Assembly (NCBI GenBank): GCA_035546575.1
Contig: DASZWN010000003.1
Location: 1,530 to 65,529 of the forward strand
Length of the DNA: 64,000 nucleotides
Reading direction: 5' to 3'
Origin: Minisyncoccota bacterium
GTDB lineage: Bacteria > Patescibacteriota > Minisyncoccia > Phycocordibacterales > SBAW01
Both the position numbers and the translations under genes were made by a program. The notes beneath the pieces were generated by a model. That model ran no database searches. It was given only the letters and a program-made list of their open reading frames with translations, and was not told the origin of the DNA. This document shows, piece after piece, positions 8,809 through 18,897 of this stretch (its first letter is position 1; each line of letters opens with the position of its first letter).

Positions 8809-10638
8809 ATGCAGGATGATCAGAAAATAAACTATTTTGCGGCAACTAACAGCCGCGGGAAGCAGGCGCCTTTTGGCATCAAGAGCAAGGACCGCGCTCG
8901 CCACATGTACATTATCGGCAAAACCGGTATGGGCAAGTCGACCATGCTCGAGAACATGGCTATCCAAGACATCCGCAACGGCGAGGGTATGGCCTTTATC
9001 GACCCGCACGGCTCTACCGCCGATCGTATTTTGGAATACGTTCCCGAGCACCGCATCAAAGACGTGCTTTATTTTGCGCCGTTTGATATGGACTATCCGG
9101 TTGCGTTTAACGTGATGGAGGACGTGGGCTACGACAAACGCCACCTTGTGGTCTCGGGCTTGCTCTCGGCATTCCGCAAAATTTGGGTAGACGCGTGGAG
9201 CGCCCGCATGGAATACATTCTCTCTAACACTTTGCTTGCGCTCCTGGAGTACGACGGCTCAACCTTGCTCGATGTTAACCGCATGCTGGTTAATAAGGCA
9301 TTCCGCAAAAAAGTTGTCGACAATATTAAAGACCCGACCGTGCGCGCATTCTGGGTAGAGGAGTTTGCCAACTACACCGACCGCTACACCCAAGACGCAA
9401 CACCGGCAATCCAAAACAAGGTCGGCCAATTTACCAGCAACCCCCTGATCCGCAACATCGTCGGGCAACCGAAGTCATCTTTTGATATCCGCAAGATGAT
9501 GGATGACAAAAAGATTCTCATCATCAACCTCTCCAAAGGCCGCATGGGCGAGGTAAACGCAACGCTGCTCGGCTCGATGCTCGTCACCAAGATTTATTTG
9601 GCGGCGATGTCGCGCGCCGATGTGCCTGCGGAGACGCTTGCCAAGCTCCCGCCGTTTTACCTGTACGTAGACGAGTTCCAAAACTTTGCCAACGAGTCGT
9701 TCTCTGACATTTTGTCCGAGGCTCGCAAATACAAGCTCAACCTCATTATTGCGCACCAGTATGTAGAGCAGATGGAGGAGGAAGTGCGCGACGCCGTGTT
9801 CGGCAACGTGGGTACCACAGTGACATTCCGCGTCGGGCCCTTTGACGCCGAGACGCTGGAAAAAGTGTTTGAGCCGCAATTTACTGCAACCGATTTGGTA
9901 AACCTCGGGTTTGCGCAGATTTACTTAACGCTCATGATCGATGGGGTAGGGTCGACGCCATTTTCTGCCACGACGCTGCCGCCGTTTGATCCGCCGCCCG
10001 AGAAGCATGTCGACAAAGTGATTGAGAACTCGCGCAAAGAGTTTGGCAAACCGCGCGCCGAGGTCGAGAGTGCAATTATTAAGTGGAACGAGGCTGATAT
10101 TGATAGTCCTGCTGCCCGTTCTGCCGCTGCGCTTAAAAAAGAAACGGGAACTTCTGCGCCCGCTAGAGCAACCTCCTCCGCGCCTAAAGCGGCAGCTCCT
10201 CGCGAGAAACCAGCAGAAGTAGTGCGCGAAGTCGTTAAAGAAACTGTAGTAGTTGCCGCGCCAGTGCCAGTAGTAAGGCAAGAAGCTCCGCGCCCAAAGC
10301 GTGAGGAGCCTAGGGTGCCACGCCCGGAACCGGAGCTGCCACCGCTTGGCGGCGCTACAAGCTTGCGTGAGGCGCTTATGCAAGTAACCAGCCATAAGCC
10401 GCAAGAACCGGCGCCTAAGCCCGCTGCACCACAACCGTCAAAACCGAAGCAGCAATCGCAAGGAACAGAACTAAAAGATGTACTCCATGCGGTGGCGCCT
10501 AAAGCAGAAGCTAAACCCGCAGCATCTAACCACACAACAGAAGACAAGCCTGTAGGATTGCCAGAAGATGTTTTGCGGTCTATGCTTGCCGTCGATGAGA
10601 CAGACGACGAACCAGGCGACCCAATCGAAAGAAGGTAG
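8809..10638 (+). CDS. VirD4/TrwB-like (type IV coupling protein / HerA-FtsK superfamily) ATPase with Pro/Ala-rich tail
   Basis: HMYIIGKTGMGKST Walker A, IDPHG, LYVDEFQNF Walker B, EARKY, AHQY. Confidence 0.88.
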   Translation: MQDDQKINYFAATNSRGKQAPFGIKSKDRARHMYIIGKTGMGKSTMLENMAIQDIRNGEGMAFIDPHGSTADRILEYVPEHRIKDVLYFAPFDMDYPVAFNVMEDVGYDKRHLVVSGLLSAFRKIWVDAWSARMEYILSNTLLALLEYDGSTLLDVNRMLVNKAFRKKVVDNIKDPTVRAFWVEEFANYTDRYTQDATPAIQNKVGQFTSNPLIRNIVGQPKSSFDIRKMMDDKKILIINLSKGRMGEVNATLLGSMLVTKIYLAAMSRADVPAETLAKLPPFYLYVDEFQNFANESFSDILSEARKYKLNLIIAHQYVEQMEEEVRDAVFGNVGTTVTFRVGPFDAETLEKVFEPQFTATDLVNLGFAQIYLTLMIDGVGSTPFSATTLPPFDPPPEKHVDKVIENSRKEFGKPRAEVESAIIKWNEADIDSPAARSAAALKKETGTSAPARATSSAPKAAAPREKPAEVVREVVKETVVVAAPVPVVRQEAPRPKREEPRVPRPEPELPPLGGATSLREALMQVTSHKPQEPAPKPAAPQPSKPKQQSQGTELKDVLHAVAPKAEAKPAASNHTTEDKPVGLPEDVLRSMLAVDETDDEPGDPIERR

Positions 10639-11401
10639 TGACAACCGCTTCCCCGCAAAAGCACAACAAAGTGAGCTCTCCGGGCCGTTAGGCCGAGTCT
10701 TACTCACTTTCTTATGCTTTTGCGGGACGCTGCTCACTCCGTGCATTGCACTTGCTGCTCTGCAGATCACCCATGTTGAGTACGATCCGCCGGGCAGTGA
10801 CACCGGCCGCGAGTGGGTAGAGATAACCAACAAAGGCGATACAGCTGTTGATGTTTCTAAATTTAAATTTCTTGAGGCGGGAGTAAACCACAAACTCACC
10901 CTTGCCTCCGGGAGCGCATTGCTCGCACCAGGCGCTGCCGCAATTATTGCGAGCGACCCAAATACCTATTTGAGCGACCATTCCGATTCTGCGGCAAACG
11001 TGTTTAAGAGCTCGTTTTCGCTCTCAAACACTGGCGAGGAGCTCGCGCTTGTAAACGCGAGCGGGACGGTTGAGTACACCATATCGTACACTGCTGCGCT
11101 GAAACCTGCCGCAGCGCCAGCTAAAAAAGCTTCTACAAAAACCACCACGACAAAGTCAAAAGCAACGTCAACAAAAGCAATTGCAGCTCAGGCAACATCG
11201 TACGACAACTCAGACAACTCCGGAGCGGTTATACAAAGTGTAAAGAATATCCCGCCGATGATCGGGTGGGCGGCTGGCCTCGCGGCTATAGTCGCTCTCG
11301 GCATAGCTGGCGCGCTGTATGCGCGAGCAGGGAGTAAGACTTTCTTGTCGGCAGAACCATCTGCAGATACTGAAGAGGAATTCAGTATCGTTGAGAACTA
11401 G
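10568..11401 (+). CDS. lamin tail domain (LTD) surface protein with C-terminal TM; start uncertain
   Basis: ITHVEYDPPGSDTGREWVEITN, LSNTGEEL, K/T/A-rich linker, C-terminal TM. Confidence 0.75.
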   Translation: MFCGLCLPSMRQTTNQATQSKEGSDNRFPAKAQQSELSGPLGRVLLTFLCFCGTLLTPCIALAALQITHVEYDPPGSDTGREWVEITNKGDTAVDVSKFKFLEAGVNHKLTLASGSALLAPGAAAIIASDPNTYLSDHSDSAANVFKSSFSLSNTGEELALVNASGTVEYTISYTAALKPAAAPAKKASTKTTTTKSKATSTKAIAAQATSYDNSDNSGAVIQSVKNIPPMIGWAAGLAAIVALGIAGALYARAGSKTFLSAEPSADTEEEFSIVEN

Positions 11402-11426
11402 CGAAAACATTGTAGAATAAGCTTTT

Positions 11427-12287
11427 ATGGGAGCTCAAGATAATCCTAAACTCGCTCTGGTAACCGGCGGCGCCGGCTTTATAGGCTCGCATCTGTGCGA
11501 GCGTTTGGTTAAAGGCGGATATCGTGTAATCAGCCTCGACAATTATTTTACCGGCTCGAAAGAGAACCACGTTGCCGGAGTCGAGTACCGAGAGGGCCAC
11601 ACAAAGGATATCGAAAAGCACATTCCAGAGACTCCGGACATCATCTATCATCTTGGAGAATACTCCCGGGTTGAGATAAGCCTCACTGAGCCTGCGCTTG
11701 TGTGGGACTTAAATAAAGATGGCACATTTGGTGTGTTGGAATTTTGGCGCAAGAAAAAGCCAAAGCTTATCTATGCAGGGTCATCTACAAAATTTGGCGA
11801 TGGAGGTTTGGGTCGCGCACAAAGTCCCTATGCATGGAGCAAAGCAAGTAACACAGAATTGGTAAAAAATTATGCAGATTGGTACGGGCTCCAATATGCG
11901 ATCACCTATTTTTATAACGTATATGGACCAAGAGAGCGTCCTGCGAACCAGTATGGGACGCTTATAGAAACATTCCGAAGACAAAAGTTGGAAGGAAAGC
12001 CGCTAACGGTAGTTGCCCCGGGCACCCAAAAGCGAAACTTTACACATGTCGGTGACATTATCGAGGGTCTGATGTTGGTGGGCGAGAAAGGGGAAGGTGA
12101 TGATTTTGGCCTAGGCAGTGAAGAGTCCTTTTCGATACTTGATGTGGCAAAGCTGTTGGGAAGCGAAATTGTTATGTTGCCAGAGCGTGCCGGAAACCGA
12201 ATGGAATCTACGCTTGATACAAGCAAAGCAGAAGCGCTTGGTTGGAAAACAGCACATAGTCTAAAGGAATACGTGGCGCAGATATGA
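11427..12287 (+). CDS. NAD-dependent nucleotide-sugar epimerase/dehydratase
   Basis: TGGAGFIGSHL, YAWSK (YxxxK), NVYGP, RNFTHV. Confidence 0.9.
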   Translation: MGAQDNPKLALVTGGAGFIGSHLCERLVKGGYRVISLDNYFTGSKENHVAGVEYREGHTKDIEKHIPETPDIIYHLGEYSRVEISLTEPALVWDLNKDGTFGVLEFWRKKKPKLIYAGSSTKFGDGGLGRAQSPYAWSKASNTELVKNYADWYGLQYAITYFYNVYGPRERPANQYGTLIETFRRQKLEGKPLTVVAPGTQKRNFTHVGDIIEGLMLVGEKGEGDDFGLGSEESFSILDVAKLLGSEIVMLPERAGNRMESTLDTSKAEALGWKTAHSLKEYVAQI

Positions 12288-13486
12288 AGCGCGTACTTAT
12301 ATTCAGCCTCGCGTACTACCCAAAGTTTGTCGGGGGAGACTCTGTTGCAATAAGAGAGATCACGGACCGCACTAACCCCGATGAACTAGAGTTCCATATG
12401 GTAACGCTGCGCTTTGACTCAACTCTGCCTAAGGTAGAGCGGGTGGGGAATGTACTTGTGCACCGCATCGGATTTACGCGGGTCAACCCCAACTCTGCCG
12501 ACCTCAAGAAGTTTCCTCTCCACTACAACAAATATTTGTTCCAGTTTACGGCAGCATTCAAGGCGGCATCTTTGCATCATCGCTACAAATACGACGGCAT
12601 CTGGGCGGTGATGGCGCACTCAGCTGGTGTGCCCGCTGCGATCTTTAAGCTATTTCACTCCAATGTGCCGTATCTACTGACCCTGCAAGAAGGGGATCCG
12701 CCGCACTATATTGAGCGAGTTATGCGCCCGGTATGGCCGCTCTTTAAGCGAGCGTTTACAAGTGCCGACATGGTGCAAGCTATTTCAGTATTCTTGAGCG
12801 ACTGGGCTCGCCGAATGGGCTACAAAGGCCCGCTTGAGATAATCCCCAATGGCGTGGATATACGACGCTTTACCGGCCCTCAGGAAAGGTTTGAGGTTCG
12901 CAAAGCGCTTAATATACGAGAGAACGAAACGATCCTTATCACCTCATCGCGCTTGGTGCGCAAAAATGCTGTCGACGACGTAATCCGTGCGATGGCGCTG
13001 CTACCGGCAACCGTGCATTTTTTGGTGCTGGGTGTAGGGCCAGATGAAGCAAAACTAAAACAACTAGCACATGACCTGGGAGTAGCGCCGCGTGTAAAAT
13101 TCCTTGGGCACATCTCCCACGATAAACTGCCAGCATATTTGCAGGCATCGACTATTTTTATCCGTCCAAGCCGCTCGGAAGGCTTTGGCAACTCTTTTGT
13201 AGAAGCGATGGCGGCCGACTTGCCGGTTATTGCCACTCAAGAAGGGGGGATTGCAGACTTTTTGTTTGACCGGAAGCGCAACCCAGATATGCCAACCACG
13301 GGCTGGGCAGTAGACAAAGACTCGCCAGAGCAAATCGCTGCCGCTGCGGAGGATATTTTGAGCAACCCTGAGCAAGTAAAAAAGGTTATCAGTACTGCAC
13401 ACAAGCTTGCGGTCGAGAAATACGACTGGGAGATTGTCGCACGTGCTATGCGTCAGCGAGTCTTCAATCTATTACTCAAACACTAG
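12284..13486 (+). CDS. glycosyltransferase family 4
   Basis: IPNGVD, SRLVRKN, PSRSEGFGNSFVEAMA. Confidence 0.9.
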   Translation: MKRVLIFSLAYYPKFVGGDSVAIREITDRTNPDELEFHMVTLRFDSTLPKVERVGNVLVHRIGFTRVNPNSADLKKFPLHYNKYLFQFTAAFKAASLHHRYKYDGIWAVMAHSAGVPAAIFKLFHSNVPYLLTLQEGDPPHYIERVMRPVWPLFKRAFTSADMVQAISVFLSDWARRMGYKGPLEIIPNGVDIRRFTGPQERFEVRKALNIRENETILITSSRLVRKNAVDDVIRAMALLPATVHFLVLGVGPDEAKLKQLAHDLGVAPRVKFLGHISHDKLPAYLQASTIFIRPSRSEGFGNSFVEAMAADLPVIATQEGGIADFLFDRKRNPDMPTTGWAVDKDSPEQIAAAAEDILSNPEQVKKVISTAHKLAVEKYDWEIVARAMRQRVFNLLLKH

Positions 13487-13499
13487 TTACAATAAAGGC

Positions 13500-14510
13500 A
13501 TGAAAATACTCCTGGCCACTCCTCTGTATCCGCCGGACTCGGGCGGCCCTTCAACCTACGCAAAGATGCTGGTAGACGAGTTGCCCAAACGGGGCATTGA
13601 GGTGGTGTTGTTAAAGTTTGGCGAAGTGCACAACCTACCGCCGGTTGTGCGGCATATAGTCTACTTTTTTAAATGCATCAGTCGCGCTTGGGGGGTTGAT
13701 GCGATATATGCACTCGATACTATGAGTGTCGGATGGCCTGCGTTCTTTGCTTCGGTGTGTGCGTGGAAAAAATTTGTAGTGCGTGTTCCAGGGGATCATA
13801 TCTGGGAGCAAGGGGCGCAGCGTTTTGGCATCACAGCTTCTCTTGATGAGATGCAGCGATTTTCTTTGCGGTGGCACCCGTACCTACTATTTTTAAGAGT
13901 GTTGCAGCATTTCGTCATTCGATTTGCAAACGTAGTAGTTACGCCCAGCGAATACATGAAAAAGATTGTTATAAGTTGGGGTGCTCGTCCTGAGCGCGTA
14001 CAAGTAATCTATAGCAGTGTACATTTGCCAGTTGCATTTACTTTGCCCTCAAAGAGACCCGAGGGGTTTTTAGTGGTAACCATCGCGCGTCGTGTACCGT
14101 GGAAGGGGATAGAGGCTCTTGAGCGTGTGGTTGCTCGCGAGAGCGGCTGGGCCTTTAAACTGATTGTCGACTTGCCACATGTTGAAGCCATGGGCTGGGT
14201 TAAAGCGGCCGATGTATTTGCGCTCAATTCCACATACGAGGGCCTTTCACACGCACTCGTCGAGGCTATGGCACTTGGCACCTCCGTGGTGGCCACTAAC
14301 GTGGGCGGCAATCCTGAACTTGTCACATCGGGCAAAAATGGACTGCTTATTCCGCCCAAGGATGACGAAGCGCTATATGCTGCCCTTAAAAATATTGAAA
14401 CCCATCCAGAAGAGGCCAGAAAGCGGGTTGAGCATGCTAAAGAATACACGCAGCAATTTTCAATTGATATAACTATTGAAAAGTTGGTCAATCTGCTCAA
14501 GACAATATGA
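13500..14510 (+). CDS. glycosyltransferase family 4
   Basis: MKILLATPLYPPDSGGP, EGLSHALVEAMA, TNVGGNPE; start ATG 13500. Confidence 0.9.
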   Translation: MKILLATPLYPPDSGGPSTYAKMLVDELPKRGIEVVLLKFGEVHNLPPVVRHIVYFFKCISRAWGVDAIYALDTMSVGWPAFFASVCAWKKFVVRVPGDHIWEQGAQRFGITASLDEMQRFSLRWHPYLLFLRVLQHFVIRFANVVVTPSEYMKKIVISWGARPERVQVIYSSVHLPVAFTLPSKRPEGFLVVTIARRVPWKGIEALERVVARESGWAFKLIVDLPHVEAMGWVKAADVFALNSTYEGLSHALVEAMALGTSVVATNVGGNPELVTSGKNGLLIPPKDDEALYAALKNIETHPEEARKRVEHAKEYTQQFSIDITIEKLVNLLKTI

Positions 14511-15586
14511 GAATTTTAATGATCAGCACGGATAGAAATTTGTGTAAAGCGGGGAGCGCGGTGCGCATGCGGCTCGAGAAGTACGCTGCTGCAGCGGGGG
14601 AGATTGATGTGATTTTATACGGCCTCCGGAGTCATAATTTGACACCTGTGGATAACTCGGGTGTTCATATTTACCCGACAAACTCTTCTTGGCGAGTTTT
14701 TTACATGCGCGATGCACTTCATGTTGCGCGGCGCCTCAGTAAACCTGACGTAGTTACTGCACAGGATCCGTTTGAAACCGGATGGGCTGGTATGCGGATT
14801 GCGCAGTACTTTGGCGTACCGCTGCATGTGCAAGTGCACACTAACTTTCTTGCCCCCTCTTTTACTAAGCGCCACTTCCCTCTTAATTTCTTGCGATTTT
14901 TTATCGCCGGTTTTGTTTTGCCGCGCGCGGCGCGCGTCCGCACGGTCTCAAATGCCATTAAAAACAGGCTGCTTAAAAAGTATCGTCTGACTTCCCCACC
15001 CACGGTGCTGCCGATTTATGTTGACGTGGCAAAGTACAAACACGCGATAGCGCCGGAGTCGCTCAAGCTTAAGTTTGCCGGGTTTGAGAGGAAAGTGCTT
15101 GTGGTCTCGCGGCTCGAGAGCGAAAAGAATATCGACCTCGCGATCCATGCATTCGCAGAAGCTGCTTCAGAAGACGCCTGCCTGATTATTGTCGGCAGCG
15201 GCAGCAAACAAGCGGAGCTTGAGCGCCATGTCCGCGAGCACGATCTGCTCGAGGGCCGCGTATTTTTTGAAGGCTTTCAGGATCCGACGCCCTATTACAA
15301 GATAGCCGACGTGGCGCTCTTTCCCTCAGACTCGTACGACGGGTATGGGATGGTTATTGTGGAGGCGCTAGCAAGCGGTGTGCCGGTTATCTCAACCGAC
15401 GTAGGTGTCGCACGCGAGGCCGGTGCTATAGTCACCGCGCCGCAAAACTTTGGGCATGTACTAGCACAGCTGCTGAGCGAGCCCAAAGAAGAGATCGTGC
15501 TCAAGAACTATCCATATGCGGACGAGGTGGCATATGTACGGGAGTGGGTTGCAGACATCATAGGAGCTAGTTCGCAAAAGGTTTAA
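14507..15586 (+). CDS. glycosyltransferase family 4
   Basis: SRLESEKN, DGYGMVIVEALASG, STDVG. Confidence 0.88.
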   Translation: MRILMISTDRNLCKAGSAVRMRLEKYAAAAGEIDVILYGLRSHNLTPVDNSGVHIYPTNSSWRVFYMRDALHVARRLSKPDVVTAQDPFETGWAGMRIAQYFGVPLHVQVHTNFLAPSFTKRHFPLNFLRFFIAGFVLPRAARVRTVSNAIKNRLLKKYRLTSPPTVLPIYVDVAKYKHAIAPESLKLKFAGFERKVLVVSRLESEKNIDLAIHAFAEAASEDACLIIVGSGSKQAELERHVREHDLLEGRVFFEGFQDPTPYYKIADVALFPSDSYDGYGMVIVEALASGVPVISTDVGVAREAGAIVTAPQNFGHVLAQLLSEPKEEIVLKNYPYADEVAYVREWVADIIGASSQKV

Positions 15587-15605
15587 AAATCACTATACTC
15601 ACCCC

Positions 15606-16478
15606 ATGGACGCAAAGCCCACAGTTGGATTTATTGGACAAGGATTTATCGGTAAGAATTATGCCGACGATTTTGAACGTCGCGGCTACGGTGTTGTGCG
15701 CTATGCGCTTGAGCCGCAGTTTGCCTCTAACAAAGAAAAGATCGCGGATTGCGAATTTGTGCTTATCGCGGTCCCGACACCCACTACCCCAGAAGGCTTT
15801 GACGACTCAGTGTTGCGCGCGGTCTTGCCGCTTGTAGGAATAGGCAAGACAGCTGTTATAAAGTCGACTACGTATCCCGGCACCGCAAAAAAACTGCAGG
15901 CCCTATTCCCCGACCGCACGATACTGCACTCGCCGGAATTCTTGAGGGAAAGGACCGCTGCAGAAGACGCGGCACAACCTAAGCGCAACCTTATCGGTCT
16001 CTCGCAGCACACGCCGCTCCAACGGGAGCGAGCGGAGACTCTGCTCGCGATACTACCCTCGGCGCCCTACATACGCATCGCAGACGCGACGGAAACAGAA
16101 TTGATCAAATACGCGGGGAACGCGTTCCTCTTCTTTAAAGTGCTGTACGCAAACTTTTTCTACGACTTAGCCCAGTCGCTTGGGGTCGACTACGAGACGG
16201 TTGCCGACGCGGTTGCAGCCGATCCGCGCATCGGACCGTCTCATTTACAAGTGATCGACCAAAGCGGCCATAACGGAGCTGTTTCCGGACGCGGCGCAGG
16301 CGGGCATTGTCTTATAAAAGACTTTGCGGCGCTTAGGGAGTTATACGAAGAAGTGATGCCTGGGGATAAAGAAGGCAGCGCGCTTCTGCGAGCGTTTGAG
16401 CAAAAGAACGCAGCGCTGCTAAAAAATAGTGGCAAAGATCTCGACCTGCTTAATGGAGTATACGGAGATACCCTATGA
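15606..16478 (+). CDS. UDP-glucose/GDP-mannose 6-dehydrogenase family protein (short form)
   Basis: GQGFIG, AVPTP, IKST, PEFLRE, ELIKY, DPRIG, GGHCLIKD; only 290 aa. Confidence 0.85.
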   Translation: MDAKPTVGFIGQGFIGKNYADDFERRGYGVVRYALEPQFASNKEKIADCEFVLIAVPTPTTPEGFDDSVLRAVLPLVGIGKTAVIKSTTYPGTAKKLQALFPDRTILHSPEFLRERTAAEDAAQPKRNLIGLSQHTPLQRERAETLLAILPSAPYIRIADATETELIKYAGNAFLFFKVLYANFFYDLAQSLGVDYETVADAVAADPRIGPSHLQVIDQSGHNGAVSGRGAGGHCLIKDFAALRELYEEVMPGDKEGSALLRAFEQKNAALLKNSGKDLDLLNGVYGDTL

Positions 16479-17500
16479 AGCTCCTCATTCTTACGCAGAT
16501 CGTTGATCAAAACGACCACAGCCTCGGGTTCTTCCATTCGTGGATAGAGGAGCTTTCTACATATTTTGAGAAGATCACGGTTATTTGTCTAAAAGAGGGA
16601 GCTCATTCGTTGCCGCAACATGTCTCTGTTGTGAGCCTGGGCAAGGAAAGAGGAACTTCGCGTCCTGTACGCCTGTGGTTGCTGTTGCGTTACTCCTTAG
16701 CCCACCGAAACGAATACGACTCTGTATTTGTGCATATGAACCAGGAGTATATTCTCGCGGCAGGTCTTCTCTGGAAGTTCCTCGGTAAGCCTATATATAT
16801 GTGGCGCAACCATTACGCAGGAAGCATCCTCACCGACATTGCGGCTACATTTTGTAAAAATGTCTTCTGTACTTCAAAGTTTTCTTATACGGCAAAGTAT
16901 CGCAAGACTATACTCATGCCGATCGGAGTGAATCTTGCGCTATACCACAATACGGGGGTGAGACGTATCCCCCGCTCAGTACTTTTCTATGCGCGCCTTT
17001 CCCCCAGCAAACGTCCTCATGTCCTTATAGAGGCCCTCGTTATGCTCAAGAAGAAAGGGGTCGTATATACTGCAGATATCTATGGTACGGCGCTTCCTAA
17101 AGATGAGGAATATCTTATGCGACTTAAACGTCGAGTTACGGAGTCCGGCCTTGATGGCCAGATAAAATTTTATCCTGGCACGCCACCCGCAGAAGGTCCT
17201 GCAATATTTTCCGCACATGAGATATTTGTAAATCTTGGAGAGAGCGGAATGTACGACAAAACGCTCTTTGAGGCTGCAGCTTGCGGATCTCTGGTGATTG
17301 CGGCAAGTAAAGATTGGGCATCCTTGGTGCACGGCCGCGTTGTAGAGAGTGAAGAGTCGCTCGCGCAAGTAATTGAGGAGACGCTCTCATTCTCGCAAGA
17401 AGAACAAGAAGCAGCAAGGGCTACTTTTCGTCGAGCAGTAGAGGAACATAGTCTCTCAGTGCTTGGTGAGCGGCTTGCAAAGACGATGTTAGCTAACTAA
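16475..17500 (+). CDS. glycosyltransferase family 4
   Basis: ARLSPSK, DKTLFEAAACG. Confidence 0.85.
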   Translation: MKLLILTQIVDQNDHSLGFFHSWIEELSTYFEKITVICLKEGAHSLPQHVSVVSLGKERGTSRPVRLWLLLRYSLAHRNEYDSVFVHMNQEYILAAGLLWKFLGKPIYMWRNHYAGSILTDIAATFCKNVFCTSKFSYTAKYRKTILMPIGVNLALYHNTGVRRIPRSVLFYARLSPSKRPHVLIEALVMLKKKGVVYTADIYGTALPKDEEYLMRLKRRVTESGLDGQIKFYPGTPPAEGPAIFSAHEIFVNLGESGMYDKTLFEAAACGSLVIAASKDWASLVHGRVVESEESLAQVIEETLSFSQEEQEAARATFRRAVEEHSLSVLGERLAKTMLAN

Positions 17501-17515
17501 GAGTATACTTACCCT

Positions 17516-17878
17516 ATGGCCTACATATATTTATTACTCGCGTTTGTCATTAACGCTCTTGCTAGCATCTTACTAAAGCTCGATGCGGCAGGGGCACCGC
17601 TCTCGTTTGAGCGGGGACTTAGTGCGACTATCTTTGAGCACAAACTACTCATGTTAGGGCTCATATCTTTTGCTGCAAATGTGATCTTTTATTGGTTGGC
17701 GCTTAAGTCGCTCCCCTTAAGCGTGGCCTACCCCACTATGGTGGGCGGTAGTTTTATTATTGTGCTTGGCTACGCAGCGTTTGCGCTGCACGAAGGAGTC
17801 TCTTTGACCCAGATTACCGGGTACGTCTTGATTTTTGTGGGGATTTTGCTCGTGCTTTTGAAGGGCGCGAACTCATAA
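17516..17878 (+). CDS. SMR/EamA-type small 4-TM transporter (ArnE/F-like flippase candidate)
   Basis: 120 aa, four TMs, ALKSLPLSVAYP. Confidence 0.8.
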   Translation: MAYIYLLLAFVINALASILLKLDAAGAPLSFERGLSATIFEHKLLMLGLISFAANVIFYWLALKSLPLSVAYPTMVGGSFIIVLGYAAFALHEGVSLTQITGYVLIFVGILLVLLKGANS

Positions 17879-18800
17879 GATCGATAATTGTCTGCGCAAA
17901 TAGAGGCGCCAGCGGCAATACCGTAACTCTTGCTTGTTTTGAGCGGAGGGCCACATGCGGGATGGTGTCGGTAAGTATAAGCCCGCTCAAAGCGCTCTGG
18001 AGATTTTTGAGTGCATTGCCGGAGAGCACTGCGTGGCTGGCAAACGCGCTTACTGTTTTTGCTCCGGCTTTTTTTGCCACTGCCGCCGCTTGTACAAGGG
18101 TGCCGCCGCTATCTATCATGTCGTCGACAAACAGCACATGCTTGCCGGTTATCTTTTCCGGAGTCGCGGTTGTCATGCTTTTAACGGCGCCATGCTCGTG
18201 ACGACTCTTTTCAAAAAATACGACGTCGCTGGCGCCAAGCAATGTTGCTAATGCTTGCGCGCGAGCAATACCGCCGCGGTCTGGCGATGCAACCGCAAAG
18301 GGTTTCTTGAGTGTCTTTTTAACATATGCCGCTGCGAGCGGCGCGGCGCTCAGGTGCAGCACCTCCAAACCGCCAAAATGCTCAAGCGTATGCTCGGCGT
18401 GTATGTCGACCACGATAACGCGCGAGGCTCCCGAGCGGGCGAGCAAGTCCATTACTACTCGTGAGCTGAGCGGCTTGCCGGGCTTGTGCTTGTCTTGTCG
18501 GTTGTAGGAGAGGTAAGGAATGATAAGCGTGACGCACTTTGCTCCGCCGCCGCGCGCCGCATCGGCCATAAACGCGAGCTCAAGCAGATTGTCCGTTGGC
18601 GCGTGGGTGGGACCTACAATAAAGACATCTTTTCCAACAACGTCGTCTAATAGTTGCGCGCGCAGCTCGCCGTCGCTAAAGCGCTCTAAACGCACTTTGC
18701 CCAGGGGTACACGCAAGAGCTTGCCTATAGCAAGCGCCATCGAGGTGCCTGGTGTGCTGGCAAACAGTGCAATAGATGCCTTATAGCTTGCTTTCCCCAT
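17814..18800 (-). CDS. prs: ribose-phosphate pyrophosphokinase (PRPP synthetase)
   Basis: FSDGE, PYLSYNRQDK, VDIH, SPDRGG, VDDMIDSGGT, TDTIP. Confidence 0.92.
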   Translation of the reverse strand: MGKASYKASIALFASTPGTSMALAIGKLLRVPLGKVRLERFSDGELRAQLLDDVVGKDVFIVGPTHAPTDNLLELAFMADAARGGGAKCVTLIIPYLSYNRQDKHKPGKPLSSRVVMDLLARSGASRVIVVDIHAEHTLEHFGGLEVLHLSAAPLAAAYVKKTLKKPFAVASPDRGGIARAQALATLLGASDVVFFEKSRHEHGAVKSMTTATPEKITGKHVLFVDDMIDSGGTLVQAAAVAKKAGAKTVSAFASHAVLSGNALKNLQSALSGLILTDTIPHVALRSKQARVTVLPLAPLFAQTIIDLMSSRPSKARAKSPQKSRRTR

Positions 18801-18897
18801 GTGTGGGCCAATCGTATCGATACAAAAGAAGCAAGTCAATCAGTAAGATTACGAGCGGTTGTCAATAATGATTTTTTGTGCTAAAAATGCGCCACCT

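Noticed and set aside
8809-10638. Integrative conjugative element
   Set aside because: No relaxase, integrase, VirB4 or mating-pair genes, and no att direct repeats seen
15606-16478. Sugar dehydrogenase as a pseudogene
   Set aside because: The catalytic Cys and Lys motifs are intact and its stop overlaps the next gene's start (ATGA), so a naturally short form is more likely
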